DNA of 64,000 nt from Anaerolineales bacterium (GTDB taxonomy: Bacteria; Chloroflexota; Anaerolineae; Anaerolineales; UBA4823). The notes under the pieces were generated by a model, which was not told the DNA's origin, did not search any database, and saw only the letters and a list, made by a program, of their open reading frames with translations. Shown in pieces: positions 37,813-46,643 of the stretch (positions are counted from its first letter, which is position 1; each line of letters opens with the position of its first letter). The translations under genes were made by a program, and so were the position numbers. The stretch spans positions 98,014-162,013 of the forward strand of contig PQAL01000043.1 in assembly GCA_003105035.1 (NCBI GenBank). Direction: 5' to 3'.

Positions 37813-37868
37813 TGGTGGGGAAGAGCCTGTACTCCAGCGTAACGAGGGTACGGGATTCGAACCCGCCA
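37813..37868 (-). other. tRNA-like fragment (acceptor 3' strand + CCA, 25-nt hairpin insert, canonical T-arm); not a complete tRNA
   Basis: Minus strand reads GCGGG-TTCGAAT-CCCGT ACCCTCGTTACGCTGGAGTACAGGCTCTTCCCC-A-CCA. A second copy (about 85% identical) is at 49145-49194. Confidence 0.5.
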
Positions 37869-38163
37869 TTGGGTAAACTTAACTAGCCATCTCCACAGGG
37901 GCGAGGCGCGTACGTCGGATGTGACTGTCAAGGTCCTGTTAACGGTTCAGTATCCAATGCAATCGGTTCGAAAAGATTAATCGCCTTTTCTCTATTGATT
38001 TTTTCTAAAAGTAATTAAGAATACCAACCTTCGTAAGTAGTTGTGAGGGTCCAGTTTGCTCTCCGTCTCTCGTGAAGAAATTCGGTGATTTTTTCTCGAT
38101 ACCCGATGTAAATTACAATTATGACGAATAGGTATTGGTGCAGAAAAACCGGCTCGGGATCAA

Positions 38164-39771
38164 TCATTCATTCGTTGATCCTGCCAGGCTCTCCCCAAAG
38201 ATAGCCTTCACTTGTGGAGCGAACAGGCTCATCCAGATACAGACCACTAACACGGTTAACCAGGCATCCTCGCGTGTGTAAGTTGCCATCCATAGCCTGG
38301 GGAGAGCCACGGCTAATATCAGCAGGGCAGATAATGACAGGAGCACAACTTTCCATACCGGATGCCTTGTAAAGAGCAAGACGCCCAGTCCTATCACGCT
38401 CCCCAAGAACGACCAAGCAATCCAGGATGTGATGAGCGGGTTATCAGTTTTTGTGATGGAATTAATCGCGAATCCTGTAAGTAAAAAGAGCAGAGGCGCG
38501 GCGGCGGCCAGGTGGATCCCGCCAAGCCAGCGAGAGAGAAAATACATGAGCACGATCATCAGAAGTGCCGCTATACTCATTAATACCGCTTGCCATGTAG
38601 CGCTGCCCTCGAACCCGCTCTCCACTGACAGTTGAATGGCCTGGTTCCCTTCGATAAATCCCCATGCGAGCTGTGCGCACAGAACGATGATTATTATCCC
38701 AAGTAGTAAACCGGCAAGGCTCAACAGGAAACGCTTGAGTGAGAAAAGGTCACGTCGCCAGGCAATGACCACAAACACCAGCCATGCGAGGATTCCCAGG
38801 CTGCTCAGGGCCAGCATCAACCAGTAGGGATAAGCCACCAACCCGATCAAGGACAGTGTAAAGAAGACCAGATCCGGGCCCGTAGTGCGTGTGCGCATGT
38901 CAATGGTACCGAAGCGATTGGTGAGGGCAAGCATGGTCTGTCCATAAGCTTGCACCAGGTTCGGGGAAATTGCGTCAACAGTATCCCTGGTGGTATGATA
39001 GCGAGTCCCGCTGGCTTCATTCTGCATGAAGATACCGGTGTACCCGGCTGGCTGAAATACATCGAAATCGGTATTATATTCATTACGTTCTTGAAGGTTT
39101 TGCCAGGAGGCAGCCCACATGGCTAATGGCAATCCTGTCATCTGCCTGACCAGCCAGGCATCCCCTGGGGATGTCTCGGCTAGGATCAGGGGGGCATTCC
39201 CGGGACGGGCATCAAAGACCAGCAGCATTCCCGTCTCATCCTTTGCTAGGGGGTGCGCCTCAATGAAGGCTCGCGCTCCTGTCCAACCCGATTCCTCACC
39301 ATCGGTAAAAAGGAACAGGACATCATTGCGCAAGGGTTCGCTGGCTCGTAAAACCCGTATGCTCTCTAACATCGCGACCACGGAAATACCGTCATCTCCA
39401 GCACCGGGTGCGGATGAATTTGAGTCATAATGCCCAGAAATCAGCACAGATTTCGAGTTGTTTGTCCCCGTCAGGCGCACAAGAATGTTCGAGATCGAGT
39501 CGCTGGTTTCAATCTCGGCATGCAGGCCAAGCGCTTCGACCTGCTCAACAATATATTCACGCACGCGTGCCTGGGCATCAGATCCAGCCACATGCGGCTC
39601 ACGCGCCACCACTTGCAAATCTGCCATGGCACGTTCAGCTGAGAAGCGTGTAGCTGGGGCAACGGCTGAGACAGCCCTGGGCGGGAGCATTTGAACTATG
39701 GATAATCCGGCCAGTAATAGTATCGCGATACCAAGGGAGATCCGAAGGATCAGGGAACGTTTTATTTTCAT
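38164..39771 (-). CDS. M28-family metallopeptidase fused to a C-terminal polytopic membrane domain
   Basis: LISGHYDSNSSAPGAGDDGISVVAMLE, FLFTDGEESG, followed by about 8 TM helices. Confidence 0.85.
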   Translation of the reverse strand: MKIKRSLILRISLGIAILLLAGLSIVQMLPPRAVSAVAPATRFSAERAMADLQVVAREPHVAGSDAQARVREYIVEQVEALGLHAEIETSDSISNILVRLTGTNNSKSVLISGHYDSNSSAPGAGDDGISVVAMLESIRVLRASEPLRNDVLFLFTDGEESGWTGARAFIEAHPLAKDETGMLLVFDARPGNAPLILAETSPGDAWLVRQMTGLPLAMWAASWQNLQERNEYNTDFDVFQPAGYTGIFMQNEASGTRYHTTRDTVDAISPNLVQAYGQTMLALTNRFGTIDMRTRTTGPDLVFFTLSLIGLVAYPYWLMLALSSLGILAWLVFVVIAWRRDLFSLKRFLLSLAGLLLGIIIIVLCAQLAWGFIEGNQAIQLSVESGFEGSATWQAVLMSIAALLMIVLMYFLSRWLGGIHLAAAAPLLFLLTGFAINSITKTDNPLITSWIAWSFLGSVIGLGVLLFTRHPVWKVVLLSLSALLILAVALPRLWMATYTREDAWLTVLVVCIWMSLFAPQVKAIFGESLAGSTNE

Positions 39772-39805
39772 TGGAGGTTTCCTTTAATGATAATCTGCAC
39801 GCTGA

Positions 39806-41008
39806 TCATGGAAGTGCTTTAGCAAACTGGCAGAATGCATTCGCCCAAACTACCCAGGCTTCATCATCCGATTCAACGCCATAGCTTTCGGCATTCCTGA
39901 CGATGATTAGCCCTTTATCAGGAGATACATAGATATATTGACCAAAGTTCCCCATTGCAAGGAAATCCTGGCTGTCGGGATTACAGTTCTCTCCCCACCA
40001 CATATACCCATAATAGATCGGGGCATCCTTGATCAGGCCATTGTCAGCCGTGGAAACTGCTACCCAGTCAGCAGGTACCACTTGTGTTCCATCCCAATTG
40101 CCTTTATTCAGATACAAACGCCCGAATTTGGCAAAATCGATGGCGCGGGCGTTGATCCCGCTCTCCATTTTCTCAAAGCCACTTTTTTCTGAGTCGAGGC
40201 TCCACGATCCACCGAACTCCATCCCAAGTGGAGTCCAGATTTTTTCCTGTAAATACGCCGTCACCGGCATACCGGTGGCGCGCTCCAGGATCAAGCCCAG
40301 CAGGATGGGATGGTAATTGTTGTATAAGAACGTTCCCCCGGGTTGCTCCTGCACTTTTATTTCTGTCAGAGCCAGGTGGCGTAGATCATCAAAGCCATAG
40401 GTGAGATTGTCGTCTTCGGGTAGCAGGAAGCGATTATCTACATATTGCAAACCTGAACCCATCATCAACAGATGGCGGATTTGGATATCCGAGAAGCGCG
40501 GGTCTCGTTTCGCCAGTTCCGGGATGTAATCGGTAATGGAATCCTCTGCGCTCTTGATAAACCCGTCCTGGATGGCAGCACCGATCAGGGCCGAGTCGAA
40601 CGACTTGGCTACCGAGAAGGAGGTAACCACCGAGTCTCGCTGGAGGTCCATAAAATAACGCTCGTAAATTACTGTGTCATCCTGAATGACCAGGAAAGCC
40701 TGCGTGCCGGTATCTGCCAGAAAAGCATCCAGGTCGGCGATCGCGGGATTAGCTTGAAAAGTTTGCTGTACCAGAGATTCTTTGGATGTGTCCACTGCAA
40801 ACTGGAATGGATCTGAGCTGGCGATTAATTTCCGTTCCGGTAGCACCCGGTAATCATAGACAGTTCCCAGGTCCATAAATAATTCACGGTAGGCATATCC
40901 GGGCGAATAGCGTATGGCTATGAAGCCATTAATGATCACAAACAATCCAACCAGAGCCACAGCGCACCCCAGCGCGATTCGAATGGCAAGCTTGAGATTT
41001 TTGTTCAT
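39806..41008 (-). CDS. serine hydrolase, beta-lactamase/PBP4*-like family (class C fold)
   Basis: SxxK motif SVAKSF. N-terminal TM anchor. Confidence 0.8.
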   Translation of the reverse strand: MNKNLKLAIRIALGCAVALVGLFVIINGFIAIRYSPGYAYRELFMDLGTVYDYRVLPERKLIASSDPFQFAVDTSKESLVQQTFQANPAIADLDAFLADTGTQAFLVIQDDTVIYERYFMDLQRDSVVTSFSVAKSFDSALIGAAIQDGFIKSAEDSITDYIPELAKRDPRFSDIQIRHLLMMGSGLQYVDNRFLLPEDDNLTYGFDDLRHLALTEIKVQEQPGGTFLYNNYHPILLGLILERATGMPVTAYLQEKIWTPLGMEFGGSWSLDSEKSGFEKMESGINARAIDFAKFGRLYLNKGNWDGTQVVPADWVAVSTADNGLIKDAPIYYGYMWWGENCNPDSQDFLAMGNFGQYIYVSPDKGLIIVRNAESYGVESDDEAWVVWANAFCQFAKALP

Positions 41009-41063
41009 TTCTGGTTTCCTTTCTTGTCAGAAGTATTTATTATGTAGTTAATGCAGGAGGTGG

Positions 41064-42584
41064 CTATGGTTGTTGATCCTGGCACGCTATGGTCAATCCT
41101 ATCTCGGGAATGCCGACCTCCAGGTTGTCCCCATCAAAGTGCAGCGATCGGGTGAGCTGTCCGACATCGAAGACATTCAGGACAAAGGTTTGTTCATCCA
41201 TCCAGAACCCTGACTGTGCCTGTCCATCGGCAGCCAATCTGTATTTTCCGTCCAGCCCGACTGGCCAGAACACATCCTGGTTATTCATTCGGAAGGAGAA
41301 CCCGGCTACACCAGGATCATTGAATTCAAGGCGTGCGCTGGTCAGACCAACCGGGTTAGTATCGCATGTATAGGTCTGGCCTGAAATTACCTTGGTAATA
41401 TCAGGCAAAGGCGCAGAAAGTTGAATATCTGAACCTTGCAAGACAGCGGACAGGGCAGCTGCCAGGTCGGCCTGGCCAGACGGATTGGCGGGTAATTCCG
41501 CCCGTGAGCCAAGGAGTACTCTCATCAAGAAAGGCAACACCTGGTTGAAATCAGAACCACCTGCCGTAATGACCACGATCATGTTTTGGGAGGGGATTAC
41601 GTGGATGTACTGGCCTCCCCGGCCCAAGGCGTAGAAATCGAACGCGGTGACCCACCATCCATAGCCATATCCGTATTCATTCCCCACCGAGCGGCTGTGT
41701 GCCTTGACTGAGTTGGAAACCCAGGAGGCGGAAATGATTTGCTGCCCATCCCAGGTGCCGCTGTGGAGCCACAGGTAGCCCAGTTTGGTGGCATCCTCCG
41801 GTTTCAGATGCAGGTCGCCCCATCCGTGGGTATACCCTTGCGGGTCTGCCAACCAGACCACATCACTGATGCCGAGCGGTCCGAAGAGGTTTTGTTGCGC
41901 AAATTCGAGGGCAGTCATGCCTGTCGTTTCCTGCAGTATGGCGGAGAGCAGGTGCATGCCCGGGCTATCGTAGCAAAAATAGGTGCCAGGTTCATGGACC
42001 ATCTTGCGATCCAGCGCGGCTTGCACCCAGTCTGGAGTGGCACGCATTGTATCCAGTGTCGCCTCGTCCCCTGAAAAGCAATCAGATTCCATACCATTCC
42101 GCATACTTACCAAATCAAGAACGGTCAAGTTCTTTTTCCTCTCATCGAGGTTGGCTATCGACCGGTGAGGGAAGAACGAGATCACTTTCTGGTCAAGCTG
42201 TAGCTTACCCTGGTCAACCGCGATACCAATCAGGGTGGTCATCACACTCTTCGTGACAGACGCCAGATCGTGTGGAAATGAGCCGTCATAGGGTGAAAAA
42301 TATGCTTCCAGCACCACGTAGCCATTCCGGACGATCATCAGGCTGTCGATCGGGATGCCCTTTTCCCGAATCGAGCGAACACCTCCTGCTAGTAAGGTAG
42401 AGTCGATGCCCTGCTGCTCTGCAGGGGTCATTATCCAACCATCGGTTGGCCAGTAATCCGGTGCAGCCAGGTCAGGTAAGTTACCACGGGCGGGGAGATA
42501 GATATAAGCCAGGGCGGCGAGCAAAACCAGTAGAAAAACCGCACCTACCCAAACCAAGGCTTTCGATTTCAAGATGTTCTTCAT
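41064..42584 (-). CDS. serine hydrolase, beta-lactamase-like family, with an extra C-terminal domain
   Basis: Start moved to ATG 42584 (MKNILKSK..., TM anchor), 1 nt after the stop of the upstream gene. SxxK motif SVTKSV. Confidence 0.8.
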   Translation of the reverse strand: MKNILKSKALVWVGAVFLLVLLAALAYIYLPARGNLPDLAAPDYWPTDGWIMTPAEQQGIDSTLLAGGVRSIREKGIPIDSLMIVRNGYVVLEAYFSPYDGSFPHDLASVTKSVMTTLIGIAVDQGKLQLDQKVISFFPHRSIANLDERKKNLTVLDLVSMRNGMESDCFSGDEATLDTMRATPDWVQAALDRKMVHEPGTYFCYDSPGMHLLSAILQETTGMTALEFAQQNLFGPLGISDVVWLADPQGYTHGWGDLHLKPEDATKLGYLWLHSGTWDGQQIISASWVSNSVKAHSRSVGNEYGYGYGWWVTAFDFYALGRGGQYIHVIPSQNMIVVITAGGSDFNQVLPFLMRVLLGSRAELPANPSGQADLAAALSAVLQGSDIQLSAPLPDITKVISGQTYTCDTNPVGLTSARLEFNDPGVAGFSFRMNNQDVFWPVGLDGKYRLAADGQAQSGFWMDEQTFVLNVFDVGQLTRSLHFDGDNLEVGIPEIGLTIACQDQQP

Positions 42585-42585
42585 G

Positions 42586-43044
42586 TTACCCCTGTAATTT
42601 CTTGCTCTTGCGATTGGGATCGAAAATAAGCGCTCCGAGCCAGCCGCCCAAGGCGCCAAAACCCACTTCGAACAACACACCCAAAAAGTTGAAAATATAT
42701 GCGCCCCAGGCTGGGATATCTTCCATACCTTGGGTGGCATCCGCGGGTAGAAGAGCCTGTAAGTTATTCAAGAAGCCCTGCGCTCCAGCAAGTCCGGCAA
42801 AGCTCAGGGCAAAGCCGAGCACACCGGCGATCAGCCCGGCTATGGTACCGATTTTCACACCCTGGCGGATAGACACCTCGCCTCCCAGGCGCCGGTAGAG
42901 CCAAACTGAGAAAATGGCGCTGCCCCAGAAACCGCCGCACAACATACAGTTAATAAAACTAATAATGGGCAGGTTAGACACCAAAAGGCTTAATGCAGCA
43001 CCGCTTAAGCACGCCATCCAAAAACTTTTAGTATTCATCGTCAT
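42586..43044 (-). CDS. small 4-TM membrane protein, function unknown
   Basis: 152 aa, Gly/Ala-rich helices. 4-nt overlap with the receiver gene upstream. Confidence 0.6.
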   Translation of the reverse strand: MTMNTKSFWMACLSGAALSLLVSNLPIISFINCMLCGGFWGSAIFSVWLYRRLGGEVSIRQGVKIGTIAGLIAGVLGFALSFAGLAGAQGFLNNLQALLPADATQGMEDIPAWGAYIFNFLGVLFEVGFGALGGWLGALIFDPNRKSKKLQG

Positions 43045-43475
43045 TCTCCTATTTTGAAATAATTTGGACCGGGTGAGTTTATCTCTCCCAGCAGGGCATC
43101 CACCAGCACCTCGTAATGGGCACCTTTAATCACAAAGCCATCAGCACCGGCAGCCATGGCCTGCTCGATTTCCTGCTTGCCACCATAAGCACTCAAGATG
43201 ATCACGCGGGTGGATGGGTGGCGAGCCTTGATCTGGCGGGTGGCATCAAATCCGTCCAGCTTGGGCATCTCCAGATCCAGGACCACCGCATCTGGCAATA
43301 AGTAGCCGACTTGGCGAATCGCTTCAAATCCATTCGCCGCTTCCCCAACGATCTCAAATAATCCGGTCAACTCCAGCAGCTGACGTAGGTCGTGAAGTAC
43401 CTGCGGCATATCATCCACAATCAATACCTTCTTTTTGGGATGATTTTGCCTTGGAGGAGGATTAGTAGATAACAT
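43041..43475 (-). CDS. stand-alone receiver-domain response regulator (CheY-like)
   Basis: KVLIVDDMP...DAVVLDLEMPKLDG...VIILSAYG. Start moved to ATG 43475 (AGGAG 7 nt upstream). Confidence 0.85.
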   Translation of the reverse strand: MLSTNPPPRQNHPKKKVLIVDDMPQVLHDLRQLLELTGLFEIVGEAANGFEAIRQVGYLLPDAVVLDLEMPKLDGFDATRQIKARHPSTRVIILSAYGGKQEIEQAMAAGADGFVIKGAHYEVLVDALLGEINSPGPNYFKIGE

Positions 43476-43649
43476 GTAGGGCTCCTGGATTACTGTCCCT
43501 CTCATCATACAGGAGTGGCTATCTTAAAACATCCAGCCAGGGACGGATTTATGAGGACGCCCTGGCTGGTTTATTAGTCAACACAAAGGTTGAGATACCT
43601 GAGACTTAAGTCTTAGGATTGAACTCGCAAGCGCTCAATAGAGTTTCGG

Positions 43650-44465
43650 TTACTCGTGCTGAGGACGTAATTGGACGATTAGGCTGCGCATCTCTAATAG
43701 TGCATCCTGTGTCAGCGTTTGAAGATGTTTGAGCTGCGGCCCTACCCGGGTGGGATCCCGTTCCTGAAGGATTTGGATTGCGCGGGTATTAAGGATTATG
43801 CTGAACATGGTTTGTGAAACCGAATCGTGTAACTCGCGTGCCAGCCGGTTGCGTTCCTCAATGGTGGCAATCTGCTCCACCCGACTGGCTTGCAATTCCA
43901 ATTGTTTGTGTTTCACTTGCAGTTCTTCCAGGAGTTTTTGGCTCTCAATCCTTGCCAGCTCCTGTTCCCTGATTGCGATGACATATACAGGAAAGATGAT
44001 ACAACCAGCGATGGGAGTCATTGAATAAGCGAGGCCGAACAATACTCCCATCCAATATATTAAGATGACTAAGATGAGTGATATGAATATTCCGCACCAT
44101 ACCCATCGGCTTTGACCGATGAATACCAGACCAACCTGATAACTGAGCAGAACAAATAGGATATCAATAAAATCCAGGTGAGGGGGCAGGTACAATAAAT
44201 ATACGATGATAATAGATTGAAATACAAAGTAGGTGTGCAGTACTCCAACAGGAAGATCATGCCGCCACATCACCAGGGCGAACAGGATGAGGAAGACCAG
44301 CATCGAGCCCAGGTATTGGGGAAACAGAGCTGGCAGGTCTGTAAAGATAAGAAGCAGCGTACGCCCGATGACGGCTGCGCATAACACGAATAATGCAATT
44401 ACACCAGCCTGGATAGATCGATCCGAGGAGTGTGATATCCTCACGGGGTTGATGGTCATTTTCAA
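43650..44465 (-). CDS. histidine-kinase paralog with membrane domain + HisKA_3 only (no HATPase_c domain)
   Basis: EERNRLARELHDSVSQTMFSI (H-box), then a stop after about 70 more residues. Only 141 nt of non-coding DNA follow. Confidence 0.7.
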   Translation of the reverse strand: MKMTINPVRISHSSDRSIQAGVIALFVLCAAVIGRTLLLIFTDLPALFPQYLGSMLVFLILFALVMWRHDLPVGVLHTYFVFQSIIIVYLLYLPPHLDFIDILFVLLSYQVGLVFIGQSRWVWCGIFISLILVILIYWMGVLFGLAYSMTPIAGCIIFPVYVIAIREQELARIESQKLLEELQVKHKQLELQASRVEQIATIEERNRLARELHDSVSQTMFSIILNTRAIQILQERDPTRVGPQLKHLQTLTQDALLEMRSLIVQLRPQHE

Positions 44466-44471
44466 TCCACC

Positions 44472-45137
44472 TTATGATGCATCCACCAGCTTGTTCTTGA
44501 TGGCATAGATAACTAGTTGTGTGCGTTGCTCCAGATTAAGCTTTCCCAAGATATTGCTGACATGCGTTTTGACTGTTTTTTCGCTAATAAACAGTTTTTG
44601 TGCAATTTCTCGGTTGTTACTACCCGTGGCTACCAGGCGTAACACTTCAATTTCTCGCTCAGTCAATTCATTTGAGATATTTTCTTGAGGGGCACTCCGC
44701 ATTTGAGATACCTGCTGCATGAGCTTACGCGTGATATCCGGGTGCAGGCGCGCCTCTCCATGATATACAGCCCGGATCGCCTCTGCCAGTTCGTCTGGAG
44801 AGACATTTTTCAACAGGTAGCTCGCAGCTCCTGCCTGGATGGCCGGGAAGACCTTATCATCTTCAGTGAAGCTGGTCAGGGCGATCACTTTGGTGGGCAA
44901 TCCCAATCCAAGCACTTGCTGCGTTGCGGTAATACCATCCATGTGTGGCATCACGAGATCCATCAGCACCACATCAGGCTTGAGTGCACGGACCTGCTCC
45001 ACCGCTTCCTCGCCATCCTCCGCTTCACCTACAACGGAGATATCATCGAGCAACTCAAGGAATGTGCGCAGTCCCTGGCGCACCACCTGGTGATCATCGA
45101 CAATCAGTACTTTAATCTTTTCAGTAGCTTCCATCAA
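44472..45137 (-). CDS. NarL/LuxR-family response regulator
   Basis: Receiver domain (VLIVDDHQVVRQGL, DVVLMDLVMPHMDG) plus a LuxR HTH (LTEREIEVLRLVATGSNNREIAQKLFISEKTVKTHVSNIL). Confidence 0.9.
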   Translation of the reverse strand: MMEATEKIKVLIVDDHQVVRQGLRTFLELLDDISVVGEAEDGEEAVEQVRALKPDVVLMDLVMPHMDGITATQQVLGLGLPTKVIALTSFTEDDKVFPAIQAGAASYLLKNVSPDELAEAIRAVYHGEARLHPDITRKLMQQVSQMRSAPQENISNELTEREIEVLRLVATGSNNREIAQKLFISEKTVKTHVSNILGKLNLEQRTQLVIYAIKNKLVDAS

Positions 45138-46333
45138 ACCCTCTCTTCTATGGGAGACTTTTTCTCAACCCTGACGCGCGTTCCCTCACCAGGAGCAGAA
45201 TGAATGATTATGTCCCAGCCGATTTCTTCGGCTCGCTCATGCATGCCAGCCAATCCAATGTGCCCACCTTCGAGTGCTTGTTGTGGATCAAAGCCGCTTC
45301 CATCATCTATGATTTCGATCCAAAAAGGTGTATCTAAATGTAAATGCATGCTGGCATTACTTGCATTGGCGTGTTTGACAATATTGTTCAAAGCCTCTTG
45401 AGCGATGCGAAATAAACCTTGGGCCTCAAGATGAGGTAACTCTCGCTCCCCATCCACATTCAGCTTCACGGACAAGCCTTCTGGAAGATGCTGGTCTGCA
45501 ATATGTTGTCGTAATGCACTAACTAATCCACCGCTGGTCATTGGCTCGGGGCGCAGTTCTGAGATAAGAGTATGCATTTCGGCCATGGCATTCTGTGCCA
45601 GCTCATTCAACCGCTCAAGTTGGGCCCCAACCCGTTTGGGATCCTTATCCAAAAGGAGTAACGCAGATTGGGTTGTGAGTGTCATTGAGAAAATGTTCTG
45701 CGTAACCGAGTCATGCAGCTCACGGGCAAGCCTCTGGCGTTCACGAACGACGCCTAATTTCCTCTTTGTATCGGCATATTGCTCGAGCTTCTGATTTGCA
45801 GCCTGCAGTTGTTGCATCAGAGATTGACTGTTATCGGTTGCCTCCTGGGCGCGGCGACTGGCAAATGAATACGATGCCAGGAAAACGATGATTGAGCCGA
45901 ACAGCAATAACCGGGTTAATCCCTCTAAAGCTCCCTCGAACCGGAGAAATTTATACCCGATCAGGGCTAGAAAAATCAAGAGCCATATAACACCGGATTT
46001 ACGGGTGACCCGGCTCATGATCTGCATGCCTAAAACAGCGAACAATAAGGAAAAATAATCATAATCCTCAAATTGCGGTAAGTAAATCAATAGTGAAACC
46101 AGGATGGTCTGTAGAATCAGGTAAACATGAAACCAGAGATTCCCACGTCTCACAAACATCATTTCTGTCAGGAAAAGGATCAAAAAGAGTAATAGCAGCC
46201 CCAGTACTTGTCCAAGGACCGGGTTATCGCGGTATAACAGGAATGTGCGCATTAGAACAGCTGCATAGATCAACCCGGCAGCCAGGAAAAACACCCTCTG
46301 GTAAATCCGATCGGCAAAACGCTTAGCAGTCAT
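45134..46333 (-). CDS. sensor histidine kinase (HisKA_3 + HATPase_c, NarX/LiaS type) with a 5-6 TM input domain
   Basis: RERQRLARELHDSVTQNIFS. N-box EALNNIVKHA. G-boxes DDGSGF and GIGLAGMHERAEEIG. Confidence 0.9.
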   Translation of the reverse strand: MTAKRFADRIYQRVFFLAAGLIYAAVLMRTFLLYRDNPVLGQVLGLLLLFLILFLTEMMFVRRGNLWFHVYLILQTILVSLLIYLPQFEDYDYFSLLFAVLGMQIMSRVTRKSGVIWLLIFLALIGYKFLRFEGALEGLTRLLLFGSIIVFLASYSFASRRAQEATDNSQSLMQQLQAANQKLEQYADTKRKLGVVRERQRLARELHDSVTQNIFSMTLTTQSALLLLDKDPKRVGAQLERLNELAQNAMAEMHTLISELRPEPMTSGGLVSALRQHIADQHLPEGLSVKLNVDGERELPHLEAQGLFRIAQEALNNIVKHANASNASMHLHLDTPFWIEIIDDGSGFDPQQALEGGHIGLAGMHERAEEIGWDIIIHSAPGEGTRVRVEKKSPIEERV

Positions 46334-46573
46334 TCAGTGGTTTTTATAATGTGGGATAGGTAAAGGCATATAGAATCTTAGCATGGAATGAGTATATAAA
46401 GTAATAAAACCAATTGTGATTTTACAAAACATGTTTGATGCTCCTGCCGATGGGTGGTGATTGGCAGGTTGGTTATATCCTACAGTTGGAGGAAATCAGC
46501 TTGAAGGAGGTTGTATTAAGGCTGTTGAAAGAACGGACGATTTCACTCTCAAGCGGTGTGTGACAGGAATAAT

Positions 46574-46607
46574 CACAGGACGGGAATGCCACACACCCCG
46601 TCCTGTG
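46574..46607 (-). terminator. candidate terminator hairpin after the beta-helix gene
   Basis: 11-bp perfect stem CACAGGACGGG/CCCGTCCTGTG with a 12-nt loop. The downstream tract is only ATTATT, so this is weak. Confidence 0.35.
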
Positions 46608-46643
46608 AGCGACCGCACTTTTGCATCATAAAATCCTGGTATC

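Noticed and set aside
37813-37868. Complete tRNA gene on the minus strand
   Set aside because: Only a T-arm and an acceptor-3'-strand-CCA-like tail are present. There is a 25-nt insertion between them, and no D-arm, anticodon arm or matching 5' acceptor strand.
42585-42740. N-terminal extension of the beta-lactamase-like ORF (track start 42740)
   Set aside because: It overlaps the upstream membrane-protein gene. The internal start at 42584 yields a typical signal/anchor sequence and sits 1 nt after the upstream stop.
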